Source: Candidatus Aenigmatarchaeota archaeon | Lineage (GTDB): Archaea > Aenigmatarchaeota > Aenigmatarchaeia > Aenigmatarchaeales > Aenigmatarchaeaceae | DNA length: 64,000 nucleotides | Direction of reading: 5' to 3' | NCBI GenBank assembly: GCA_046760145.1 | Contig: JBHIDO010000001.1 | Location: 947 to 64,946, forward strand | Part shown: positions 49,449 through 58,845 of the stretch, in pieces | Numbering within the stretch: the first letter of the stretch is position 1 | How the letters are laid out: every line of letters starts with the position of its first letter | Notes under the pieces: model-generated | Told to the model about the DNA's origin: nothing | The model's input: the letters and a program-made list of their open reading frames with translations, nothing else | Databases searched by the model: none | Made by a program: the position numbers and the translations under genes

Positions 49449-50111
49449 CCATCTTACAAAAAGATGCCAGGCATTCTTAAAACCATCTAAAACTCCAACA
49501 CCCCTAACCTTTCTAGGACTAATAATTGAAATTTCATTTATTTTTAATTTTTTTCTAGAAGCTTCTAGTATCATTTCAGCTTCTATAGCATATCTATCAG
49601 CTTTTAGATTTAATTTTTTCAATTTATCTGCTTTTATTGCTCTATAACCACATTCTGTATCTGATAACCATTTATTAAAATTAAATCCAAAGCATAGCAA
49701 ATTTACTCCAAATCTTAAGCCAATATTTCCAAATAAATTAATTCTACTTGTAGCTATTTTTCCTTTAAACCTAGACCCTATTACCATATCACTTTTCTTT
49801 AAAGCCTTCAAAAATTTTGGGATGTCTTCTGGTCTGTGTTGTCCATCTGCATCCAGAAATATTATGATATCTGGTTTGTATTTCATAGCTATTTTTGAGC
49901 CAAGTCTTTTGGCATAACCATTACCTCTATTATTTTTATAAGAAATAACTTTGGCCCTAGCCTTTTTTGCTATTTCTTCAGTATTATCAGTAGAGCCATC
50001 ATTTACAACTATTACTAAATTTGAATATTTTTTAGCTCTTCTTATAACACTAGAAAACACTTTACTTCTTTTACCTTCATTATAAGCAGGGATTATAGTT
50101 ATAACTTTCAT
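49437..50111 (-). CDS. Family-2 glycosyltransferase, dolichyl-phosphate sugar synthase (Dpm1/AglJ/AglD-like)
   Basis: MKVITIIPAYNEG...VNDGSTDNTEEI...IIFLDADGQH: canonical Dpm1/GtrB-type GT2 motifs. 224 aa. Confidence 0.8.
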   Translation of the reverse strand: MKVITIIPAYNEGKRSKVFSSVIRRAKKYSNLVIVVNDGSTDNTEEIAKKARAKVISYKNNRGNGYAKRLGSKIAMKYKPDIIIFLDADGQHRPEDIPKFLKALKKSDMVIGSRFKGKIATSRINLFGNIGLRFGVNLLCFGFNFNKWLSDTECGYRAIKADKLKKLNLKADRYAIEAEMILEASRKKLKINEISIISPRKVRGVGVLDGFKNAWHLFVRWLFG

Positions 50112-50156
50112 AAAACCACTTAAGGTATATATTATTAACCCTTATAAAATAATAAT

Positions 50157-51185
50157 ATGAAAATAAATTATGTTTTATGGAATTTGAAATGTACTGGTGG
50201 TAATAGGGTTATATTTGAAATAGCTAATGGCTTGGTTGACAGGGGTTATGATGTAACTATAACTGCTGCTGGTGGAGATCCAAATTGGTTTCCCCTCAGA
50301 GCTAAATTAAGAATTTTTCGTAGTTATTTCAAATATCCATCTTTGCTAAATATGATGAGTAGTTTCTTTACTATGATGACAAAGAAACATGAAGCAGATG
50401 TAGTTATTGCTACCTGGGCCTTTACTGCTTATCCTGTTAAATATTCTGGAAATGGGAAAAAATTTTATCATATTCAACATTATGAACCATTATTTTTTAA
50501 CCAACCTTTTAAATATCTTGTAAAGAGAACATATTCTTTTCCTTTGAAATTAATTTCTAATTGTATTTGGCTAAGAAACATGCTAAAAAAGAAACATAAT
50601 AGAGATTCAGTAATAATAAATCCTGGTATTGATCTGAAGTTATTCAGACCTAAAAAATTAAAAAAAGATCCTAGTAAAAAAAGAATTGTTTGTTTGGGAA
50701 AGGATTACATTCCTTGGAAAGGGGTCCAAGATGCATTTAAAGCAATGGAAATTGTAAATGAAAAAAGAAAAGATGTTGAATTGATTTTTTATGGTATTAG
50801 ACCTTTAACAACTAAAAATCCTAAGGTTCCTTATAGATTTATTAAATTTCCCTCTGATGAAGAACTTGTTAATCTATATAATTTGGCTGATTTAGTTCTT
50901 TGTCCATCTTGGTATGAAAGTTTTCCACTTCCTCCATTAGAAGCAATGGCTTGTGGTGTTCCAATTGTTACCACAAGATATGGAACTGAAGATTATGCTT
51001 TTGATGGAAAGAATTCACTAGTAATTCCACCAAAAAGACCAAAATTAATGGCAGAAGCAATTTTAAAAGTTTTAGATGATGAAAAATTGGCTAGAAGATT
51101 AAGAGAAAATGGAATAAAAACAGCTAAAAAATTTACTTGGAATAATACAGTTGATAAATTTGAAAGATTATTAAAAGAGATATAA
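50157..51185 (+). CDS. GT-B-fold glycosyltransferase, family 4-like
   Basis: C-terminal EAMACGVPIVTTRYGTEDYAFDGKNSLVI (E-x7-E GT4 motif). 342 aa. Confidence 0.75.
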   Translation: MKINYVLWNLKCTGGNRVIFEIANGLVDRGYDVTITAAGGDPNWFPLRAKLRIFRSYFKYPSLLNMMSSFFTMMTKKHEADVVIATWAFTAYPVKYSGNGKKFYHIQHYEPLFFNQPFKYLVKRTYSFPLKLISNCIWLRNMLKKKHNRDSVIINPGIDLKLFRPKKLKKDPSKKRIVCLGKDYIPWKGVQDAFKAMEIVNEKRKDVELIFYGIRPLTTKNPKVPYRFIKFPSDEELVNLYNLADLVLCPSWYESFPLPPLEAMACGVPIVTTRYGTEDYAFDGKNSLVIPPKRPKLMAEAILKVLDDEKLARRLRENGIKTAKKFTWNNTVDKFERLLKEI

Positions 51186-51225
51186 TGAAATTAAGGTGTG
51201 TAATTTGAAAATATCATTTATAGTG

Positions 51226-52602
51226 ATGTATAAACCCACTCCATTAAGTCTATGTTATCCTTCACTTGGTGTTGGTTATCTTTCTTCATATGTTAAACAA
51301 AATACTGATTTTAAAACATCTGTAATTGATACTGCAATAGAAGATCCTATTAATAGATTAACCAAAGAACGCCCAGATATAATAGGAATATCTTCGTCAA
51401 CATTAGAATTCCACGAGGCAATTGAATTATCAAAAAAAATTAAGGAAATTTTTGATGTCCCCATAATAGTAGGAGGATCTCATATATCTGCATTACCACA
51501 CACATTACAAGATTCTTTTGATATTGGAATTATTGGTGAAGGTGAACAAACTCTTGTTGAATTATTAAAATTATTTGAAAAGTATGGATTCAGTTCTAAT
51601 AAACTTAAAAATATAAATGGAATTGTTTTTCATGATAAAAATAATAATAAAATAACAAAATCCAGGGAACTGATTAGACCTTTGGATAGAATACCTATGC
51701 CTGATTATGATTTATTTAACATGAAATATTATCTTAAAAAACAAGATCATTTTCCAAGAAAACATGGAAAAGGAATGTCGATGATAACTTCAAGAGGATG
51801 TCCTTATAGATGCGTTTTTTGTGGAAGTTCTCATTTTTGGAGGATGTTAAGATATCACTCAGCTGAATATTCAGTAAACGTAATGAAATTCCTAATAGAT
51901 AAATATGATGTTGAATTCATCAATATATTTGATGACATATTTGTAATAGATATTAAAAGATTAAAGGAAATAGTGAAACTAATTAGAGAAGAAGGAATAC
52001 ATAAAAAAGTAACTTTTGGTATTCAATCACGAGCAAATATAATGTCAGATGAAATCTGTAAATTACTAAAACAAATGAATGTTTATTATCTTGGTTTTGG
52101 TCTGGAAAGTGGAAGTGAAAAGATACTAAATTATTTAAAAAAAGGGACTGTCACTGTAGAAGATAATAAAAATGCTGTGAAAATGTGTAAGAAATATAAT
52201 TTTGCTGTTGGGTCTGGTTTTATGGTAGGTAATCCTAATGAAACTGAGAAAGATATGAATGACACTTTAAAATTTATTCAAGAAAACAATATGGATAGTT
52301 GTACTGTTTATATAACAGCTCCTTTACCAGGAACAGAGCTTTGGGAATATGCCAAGAAAGAAGGTCTTGTTTCAGATAATATGGATTGGAGTAAAATAAA
52401 TCAATTCTTTACTGGTGATAATGTTATATTGAGTAAAATGGACAGAGAGAAATTTACTATGATTTATAATAAAATATTAAGAGCAAGTACTGTTTCAAAA
52501 ATAAGAAGTAACATATTACATCCATTCTCATTAACTAGTTATTTCATAAAGAATCCATTTGCAATAATAAAGTACTTAAAACAAATAAGAAAAGGTGGGT
52601 GA
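51226..52602 (+). CDS. B12-binding (class B) radical SAM enzyme, paralog 6 (start at MYKPTP; longer ORF begins 51196)
   Basis: TSRGCPYRCVFCGS radical SAM motif. N-terminal B12-binding-like region. Confidence 0.75.
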   Translation: MYKPTPLSLCYPSLGVGYLSSYVKQNTDFKTSVIDTAIEDPINRLTKERPDIIGISSSTLEFHEAIELSKKIKEIFDVPIIVGGSHISALPHTLQDSFDIGIIGEGEQTLVELLKLFEKYGFSSNKLKNINGIVFHDKNNNKITKSRELIRPLDRIPMPDYDLFNMKYYLKKQDHFPRKHGKGMSMITSRGCPYRCVFCGSSHFWRMLRYHSAEYSVNVMKFLIDKYDVEFINIFDDIFVIDIKRLKEIVKLIREEGIHKKVTFGIQSRANIMSDEICKLLKQMNVYYLGFGLESGSEKILNYLKKGTVTVEDNKNAVKMCKKYNFAVGSGFMVGNPNETEKDMNDTLKFIQENNMDSCTVYITAPLPGTELWEYAKKEGLVSDNMDWSKINQFFTGDNVILSKMDREKFTMIYNKILRASTVSKIRSNILHPFSLTSYFIKNPFAIIKYLKQIRKGG

Positions 52603-53918
52603 ATAAATTGAAAATAGGAATATTAGGGGGAGGATTAACTGGTTTATCTTTAGGATTATTTCTAAAACATGATTTTGAAATTTTGGAAAAAGAAAAAGAA
52701 TGTGGAGGATTATGTAGAAGTATTCAGGAAAATGGTTTTACATTTGACTATGGAGGAGGACATATTTTATTTTCAAGGGATGAAGAAATTCTCAACTTTA
52801 TGTTAAAGTTACTTTCAGATAACATTGTAAAATGTAAAAGAAATAGCAAAATTTTTTATAACGGAATATATATTAAATATCCATTTGAAAACGGATTAAG
52901 TGATTTGCCGTTACAAGAAAATTATGAATGCCTAAATGACTTCATAGATGTTTTAATAAAATCTTCTAAAGGAGAATTGAAAGAACCTTATAATTTTCAA
53001 GAATGGATTTATAATACATTTGGAAAGGGAATTGCTGAAAAATATCTAATTCCTTACAATAAAAAGATATGGAATTTTGACCCTCAAAACATGGGAATAG
53101 ATTGGATAAAAATTAAAGATAGATTACCAAAACCAAATCCAGAAGATATTATTAAGTCTGCATTAGGGGTTAAAACTGAAGGGTACAAAGCTCAATTATA
53201 TTTTTATTATCCTAAAAACGGTGGTATTCAATCTTTGATAAGAGAAATGGAGAAAAGAATAAAAAATATTACTAGAAAGTTTAATATCAAAAGAATTTTT
53301 AAAAGGAAGGATAAATGGCTAGTTTCTAATGGTTTTATAGAAAAAAGGTTTGATAAATTAGTATCAACTATTCCTTTGCACGATATAATCTTAATGTTGG
53401 AAAAAGTTCCAGAAAAGGTTAAAAAAGCTGTTAATGATTTAAAGTTCAATTCTTTAATGACAGTTCTTATTGGAATTGATCAAGATAATTTATTTGATAA
53501 GCATTGGATTTATATACCAGATATGAAAATGAAACCCCATAGAATAATTTGCCCTACTGCAAATACAAAGGAAACAGCTCCGCAAGGAAAATCCTCTTTA
53601 ATGGCAGAAATAACATGTAAATTTGGAGATTCTTATTGGAATAAATTTGATAGTGAAATAATAAATGAGGTTATTAATGATTTGCATGAAAGGAAAATTA
53701 TAGATAAAAATAAAGTTATTTACAAAAAATTAATGAGGTCTAAATATGCTTATGTAATTTATGATTTAGATTATCAGAAAAATATTAGAATTGTAAAAGA
53801 TTTTTTCAATGAAATTGGTATTGAATTGTGTGGAAGATTTGCAGAATTTAAATATCTTAATATGGATGCATGTATTAGAAGTGCTTTGGAAATGGCAAAG
53901 AAATTGAATTCTAAATAA
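52599..53918 (+). CDS. FAD-dependent oxidoreductase, UDP-galactopyranose-mutase/amine-oxidase-like
   Basis: N-terminal Rossmann KIGILGGGLTGLSLG followed by ECGGLCRS...FTFDYGGGHILF, resembling the UGM/amine-oxidase fold. 439 aa. Confidence 0.4.
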   Translation: MNKLKIGILGGGLTGLSLGLFLKHDFEILEKEKECGGLCRSIQENGFTFDYGGGHILFSRDEEILNFMLKLLSDNIVKCKRNSKIFYNGIYIKYPFENGLSDLPLQENYECLNDFIDVLIKSSKGELKEPYNFQEWIYNTFGKGIAEKYLIPYNKKIWNFDPQNMGIDWIKIKDRLPKPNPEDIIKSALGVKTEGYKAQLYFYYPKNGGIQSLIREMEKRIKNITRKFNIKRIFKRKDKWLVSNGFIEKRFDKLVSTIPLHDIILMLEKVPEKVKKAVNDLKFNSLMTVLIGIDQDNLFDKHWIYIPDMKMKPHRIICPTANTKETAPQGKSSLMAEITCKFGDSYWNKFDSEIINEVINDLHERKIIDKNKVIYKKLMRSKYAYVIYDLDYQKNIRIVKDFFNEIGIELCGRFAEFKYLNMDACIRSALEMAKKLNSK

Positions 53919-55962
53919 CCTCATATATTTTAACCATTTCATTTCTAAATACTTGTTTAAAATGTTCTAATCCTTGACCTTCTAACATAAACATTTTTGT
54001 GAATACAACATTCCTTAAATTTGGTGGAATTAAAACTACATATCCTTGATGTTGAGGAATCCATATTGTATACGGCATTGTTTTATCAGTAATTCTTACA
54101 TTTAATATTCCTTCTAAAGGTTTTAAGGACTCTATTAATTCTGTTTTATTATATTGATTCAATTTTAAAGTTTTTGGTATACCACCTTCGTAATAAATCA
54201 TTTCATTATATAATGAAGCTCTTCCTGTTTCTTTATCCACAAAAATCGGTAAAGGTATGTTAGCAAGAACAACAAAAGTATTTCCATAATTTCTTACCAT
54301 ATAACCACCTGCAACAAATGAATTTTGTAATCCTAGTTGATAGTAAAGAGGACAGTTTGGATTAACTGTACCATCACAACCTGTTCCAAAATATTCTATC
54401 CATCTGAATTTTCCTATTAAATCATCAGAAGCTATCCAATAAACTTTAGGAGAATTACCTTGATATTTTCTTATTAATTTTAATGATTCATTTTCATCAG
54501 TAGTTGCCATTATTTTTCCTAGATCAACAATTCTATCATTTATTGTATAATAACAAACTTCTTTACAATGTGCTCCATCTGCTATATTTCTTCTTTCAGC
54601 TAAACCAGATATCATATGCCCTGGGTCCCACCAAGTTCCAACTAAAGAATACTCAGGGGTTTGAGTTTTCAAAAAGTTCCATGCATCATCCCAATATACA
54701 TTTATGTCAGGACCAAGTTGAGATCCAATTTCATAACCAAAGTTAAATGCAATTAAAACTATAAGAACTCCTGCGCCAATACAAATTGTTTTTATTATTA
54801 TGTCTTTTTTCAGGGACCATTTAACCAAATAACCAAATCCAACTCCAATCAAGACTATGAATAATGCAGATGTAAATTCTGTAAATCTAACTCCCCTAAA
54901 TGATGTATAGACAGCTATTAAGAATAGAGTTAATAAAAACGATAATATATTAATATCTTTTTTGTAAGCTTTATATAAACCAAAAAATATAAACAAGAAA
55001 ATTACTATAAACATTATAATGTTGAATATATTATCTCCTGTTACAAATCTACCAGTTGCTAGAATCCAACCTTCTAAACTGAATATACTAAAAGGTTGTA
55101 GTTCTGCAATAGATATATTTACAATCCATACTTCTGCACGTTGGGCAAATCCAATCACATTTAATAAACTTGATATAGGACTTTGATTTGTTATAAAACC
55201 TATAATTATTAAACCTATGAAAAGTAAGACCATAAAGATAAACTGGCCTTTAAATTCTTTGAAAGAGAATTTTAATCTTTCACTAAAACTAATCTTTATT
55301 TCCTCCCTTTTTCCTATTAATAAATTTAATAGGAAATAAACAATAACATATCCTGCAAGGATTAAATACGAATAAATAAACATCTCCCAAGTTAACATGA
55401 ACGCTGTAAAACCTATTAATGCAAAACAAAAACTTGCTATTGTTCTTTTCTTTAATCCATAAATTCCTAAATAAAGGGTTAAAACTATGAAAAATAGGGT
55501 TATGGCATCAGTGTCATAAGAACTTCCAAACGTTCTTGTTAAAATTGCTGGAGCAGTTCCTATTAAAGATGCTGCCAATAAGCCACCATATTTATTTGAT
55601 AATTCTCTTCCCAAAAGGAACGCAGGAATAACAATTAAAGCTCCATAGATTGCAGACATATAAGCTGCAGTTGTCATTAAACTAAGGCCAAATAGTTTTG
55701 TAAACCAATATATAAAGACAGTTACATAGTGCATAAATGGTTGTAGATTCATAAATCTTCCAACATAATATCCAATTTCATCCCATACAGGCAAGTGTCC
55801 CCAATCAGCAAGATATTTAGTAAATCTATATTGAAAAATGGGATCAAAGGAAAGTAATCTATCAGGAACAATATTTATAGATCTTATGTAATATGAAAAT
55901 AAGAATATGAAAATTAATGCAAGCCAAACCCAGTTTTTCTTCAAAAAATTTTCTAATTTCAT
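53911..55962 (-). CDS. aglB: Archaeal oligosaccharyltransferase AglB (STT3 homologue)
   Basis: 13-TM N-terminal domain and WWDPGHMISG (WWDxG catalytic motif of STT3/AglB). 683 aa. Confidence 0.8.
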   Translation of the reverse strand: MKLENFLKKNWVWLALIFIFLFSYYIRSINIVPDRLLSFDPIFQYRFTKYLADWGHLPVWDEIGYYVGRFMNLQPFMHYVTVFIYWFTKLFGLSLMTTAAYMSAIYGALIVIPAFLLGRELSNKYGGLLAASLIGTAPAILTRTFGSSYDTDAITLFFIVLTLYLGIYGLKKRTIASFCFALIGFTAFMLTWEMFIYSYLILAGYVIVYFLLNLLIGKREEIKISFSERLKFSFKEFKGQFIFMVLLFIGLIIIGFITNQSPISSLLNVIGFAQRAEVWIVNISIAELQPFSIFSLEGWILATGRFVTGDNIFNIIMFIVIFLFIFFGLYKAYKKDINILSFLLTLFLIAVYTSFRGVRFTEFTSALFIVLIGVGFGYLVKWSLKKDIIIKTICIGAGVLIVLIAFNFGYEIGSQLGPDINVYWDDAWNFLKTQTPEYSLVGTWWDPGHMISGLAERRNIADGAHCKEVCYYTINDRIVDLGKIMATTDENESLKLIRKYQGNSPKVYWIASDDLIGKFRWIEYFGTGCDGTVNPNCPLYYQLGLQNSFVAGGYMVRNYGNTFVVLANIPLPIFVDKETGRASLYNEMIYYEGGIPKTLKLNQYNKTELIESLKPLEGILNVRITDKTMPYTIWIPQHQGYVVLIPPNLRNVVFTKMFMLEGQGLEHFKQVFRNEMVKIYEVI

Positions 55963-56094
55963 TTTATCAACTTAAGAAGAATTAGAAAAACAAATATAAA
56001 AAGTTAAAGGACTGACAATTAATTCATGAGAAATATATTACCCATACTAGATAGTATAAAGAATAGAAAAATTTTAAAATAAATTAATAAAATT

Positions 56095-56271
56095 TTATCT
56101 CCTTCTTCTTGCAAGTCTGTATCCGCCTTTGACCTTGTAAATTGTGTAACCTTTCCTTCTTGCTTTTCTTGCAGCAGCTTTTGTTTTGAAAGTTTTCTTC
56201 CTTGAGGTTCTTCTTCTTGTTCTTCTTCTTGCTGTTCTTCTTCTTGCAACTCTTCTTCGTCTTCTTACCAT
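56095..56271 (-). CDS. 58-aa arginine-rich, protamine-like small basic protein (MVRRRRRVARRRTARRRTRRRTSRKK...)
   Basis: Hand-translated from minus strand. Perfect GGAGG 7 nt upstream of ATG 56271. Encoded on a (CTTCTT)n simple repeat. The supplied track lists only the poly-Glu alternative frame (56019-56249), which lacks an RBS. Confidence 0.4.
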   Translation of the reverse strand: MVRRRRRVARRRTARRRTRRRTSRKKTFKTKAAARKARRKGYTIYKVKGGYRLARRRR

Positions 56272-56342
56272 TTTATTTCCTCCATTTTGTTTATCAAAAA
56301 TGTTTTTTGATATAATAATTATGTAAATTCTTACTTAAAAAA

Positions 56343-57386
56343 TTATCTTTTATTACAAATTATAATACCAGATTCATTTTTCTTACCATTTACAGTAAAT
56401 TTTACTGGCAAGAATTTTTCAATTACCCAAATATTTGTTAGGCAATGATTTGTAATTTCTGCAACAGAAATTTTTCCACTTGCAATTGCAAGATATGGTA
56501 ATATTTGATCTGTCATCCATCTATCTAAACAAGCATTTGTATCTAATTGTTTTTTTAATAAATTTGCACATTCTTTTCCAACATCTTCTGCCTTCTTTCT
56601 AATTTCGCCTAAACTGCTAGCACCTAAAATACTATTTGTTGTTTTTGCCCATAGAACAATTCCAGATCCTGGACAAATAGCATCGCAATATTTATAATCT
56701 ATTTTTGGAGATATAGCAAACTTTTTTGAAATAATTTTTTCTGCTGAATCTTTTTGTCTTTCAGCTACCTTAGATTTTTCTAGGTGTTTAGATGCAATTG
56801 AAATACCACAAATATTCTTTATATTTCCTTGTTCAGTTAAAATAATTTGTTTTAGTTTTTCTGCAGGATATATTTCTATTTCAACTTCGCTACCTCCACG
56901 GGGATAGAAGCCATGTCTTTTAACATTTAATTTAATTTTATAGTCTATTTTTTCTAAGAGTGGTATTGTCACATTTTCTAAATAAGGCGTTGGCGGTGCC
57001 CATTTTCCAAAACTTGCACCGCCCTTTATACTAATGTTAATTTTGTGCTTCGCAGAAATACAGGCAAGTTGTAATAATTGAAGAATTAAACCAATTGAAG
57101 CTGCGGTAGGAACTTCTATGGTTAATTTACTTTCTTTAATTTTTTGGGGGTAAAATTCTATTTCTTTGCTCCTTAACGTTATACCTTTCGTTTTAGCATT
57201 ACATAATTTTTTTGCAGCTTCTATACTTTTTACAAGTTGTGTATGTAATCCTGGTTTAGGACGATTTGATCTTATGTTATATATTCTTACAGGTTTTTGT
57301 GTTAAAATTGATAAACCTAATGATACCCTTACTATAGCTCCCCCTCCTTCTAGGTAATCTCCTGCTACTTCGATAATATTTTTCAC
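56343..57386 (-). CDS. rtcA: RNA 3'-terminal phosphate cyclase (RtcA family)
   Basis: N-terminal GGGAIVRVSLGLSILTQKPVRIYNIR matches RtcA GGGQxLRxxxxLS motif. 347 aa. Confidence 0.7.
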   Translation of the reverse strand: MKNIIEVAGDYLEGGGAIVRVSLGLSILTQKPVRIYNIRSNRPKPGLHTQLVKSIEAAKKLCNAKTKGITLRSKEIEFYPQKIKESKLTIEVPTAASIGLILQLLQLACISAKHKINISIKGGASFGKWAPPTPYLENVTIPLLEKIDYKIKLNVKRHGFYPRGGSEVEIEIYPAEKLKQIILTEQGNIKNICGISIASKHLEKSKVAERQKDSAEKIISKKFAISPKIDYKYCDAICPGSGIVLWAKTTNSILGASSLGEIRKKAEDVGKECANLLKKQLDTNACLDRWMTDQILPYLAIASGKISVAEITNHCLTNIWVIEKFLPVKFTVNGKKNESGIIICNKR

Positions 57387-57553
57387 CTTTTGAATAAGCT
57401 ATTTAAAATTTCTTGTTTATATGTAAGATTCAATTTTATATTATTCCAACATCTTTTTAATTCATTTGTTGTTATTCTTGGGATGTTACCAATTATATTT
57501 ATAACCTATGTTGTTTATAGAATTGCGTATCAACATGCGACCAAACATTGAAC

Positions 57554-58810
57554 TTAGATTTTAATTACATCACCATTGTGTGGTGCGATTGTATCAAATC
57601 CTCTAGATTTTAATTCTTTTGCAAACCTCTGACAATTGTCTCCATGCAAACAAATAACTTTCTCGGCATTAATCTTATGAGCCAGTTCAAATAATTCTGA
57701 TCTTCCTGCATGTGCAGAGAAATCAAGATATTGTATATTCATTTTTACTTTAAAATCTAAGTCCTCTGTGACATATCTTCCAGTATCTAGTAAATATCTT
57801 CCTGCTGTTCTAGGTATTAAAAAACCTGTGAATATTAAGGAGCAGTCTTGCCTGTTGTATAGATGTTTCATATATTGAACAACAGGTCCACCTTCCATTG
57901 TTCCTGAAGTTGTTACAATTGCACAAGGTTTTTTTATTGCACGTCTTCTATCATCTTGATTACGAATTAATCTAACATTTTTAAATGCTCTAGCCAAAGC
58001 TTTGGGGTCTCTTAAAAACTTTTGATGAGCTAATGCAATTTCTGTTGCCTTTTTTCCCATACCATCAAGATAAATTGGAAATTTTGGTTTGAACCTATTT
58101 AGAATCATTATAATTTCAGAAGATCTTCCTATTGCAAATGAAGGTAACAAAGCAATTCCGTTTGTTAGGATTGTATCTTTTACTAATTGATATAATTTCT
58201 TTTCTAATTCATGTCTTGGTGGATGATCTCTATTACTATAAGTAGATTCCATTATCAAAATATTAATATCCTTAGCATTAATTCTAGCTCCTGATAATAA
58301 TTCTGTTTGTTTTAGTTTGAAATCTCCTGTATAAAGAATTCTTTTGTTTTCTATTTCTAAAGCAAATGAGCAAGAACCAGGAATATGACCTGCATCATAA
58401 ACTTCTACAAAACCTTTTTTGGTTTCAAATTCTTCATCATATTCTATTACTGTTTCATATCTTTTCATTTTTTCAATATGTTTTTCTGTATAAATCCTAG
58501 GATGTTTCTTTATGATTCCAACTTTTATTGAATCTTTTAAAATCAAATGTTCCAGATCAAAAGAGGGTAAAGTAGAATAAATGTTACATTTTGATTTTTT
58601 GAATATGGTTGGTGTGGATCCACAATGATCTAAATGAGAATGGGTTAATAAAATTGTGTCAACCCTTCCTGGAGGTTTAGGCATTTCCCCCGTTTCTACT
58701 TTAATCCCATAATCAAACATTATTTTTTCCTTTGAATCTATCAAAACTGCATTTCTTCCTACTTCTCTAAAACCACCTAAACATTTGATTTGCATAATAT
58801 AAATATTCAC
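57554..58810 (-). CDS. Metallo-beta-lactamase/beta-CASP ribonuclease (aCPSF2 / RNase J-like)
   Basis: HxHxDH motif (LLTHSHLDHCGS). Beta-CASP motifs downstream (D...H...H). 418 aa. Confidence 0.8.
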   Translation of the reverse strand: MNIYIMQIKCLGGFREVGRNAVLIDSKEKIMFDYGIKVETGEMPKPPGRVDTILLTHSHLDHCGSTPTIFKKSKCNIYSTLPSFDLEHLILKDSIKVGIIKKHPRIYTEKHIEKMKRYETVIEYDEEFETKKGFVEVYDAGHIPGSCSFALEIENKRILYTGDFKLKQTELLSGARINAKDINILIMESTYSNRDHPPRHELEKKLYQLVKDTILTNGIALLPSFAIGRSSEIIMILNRFKPKFPIYLDGMGKKATEIALAHQKFLRDPKALARAFKNVRLIRNQDDRRRAIKKPCAIVTTSGTMEGGPVVQYMKHLYNRQDCSLIFTGFLIPRTAGRYLLDTGRYVTEDLDFKVKMNIQYLDFSAHAGRSELFELAHKINAEKVICLHGDNCQRFAKELKSRGFDTIAPHNGDVIKI

Positions 58811-58845
58811 TTTCTTTTTAAATAGGCAATGGAGAACCTATTTCT

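Noticed and set aside
56019-56249. Poly-Glu ORF (MQEEEQQEEEQ...) from the supplied track
   Set aside because: It arises from the same (CTTCTT)n repeat. It has no Shine-Dalgarno sequence, and its C-terminus runs into hydrophobic junk. The poly-Arg frame has a perfect GGAGG-N7-ATG and is preferred, though still unproven.
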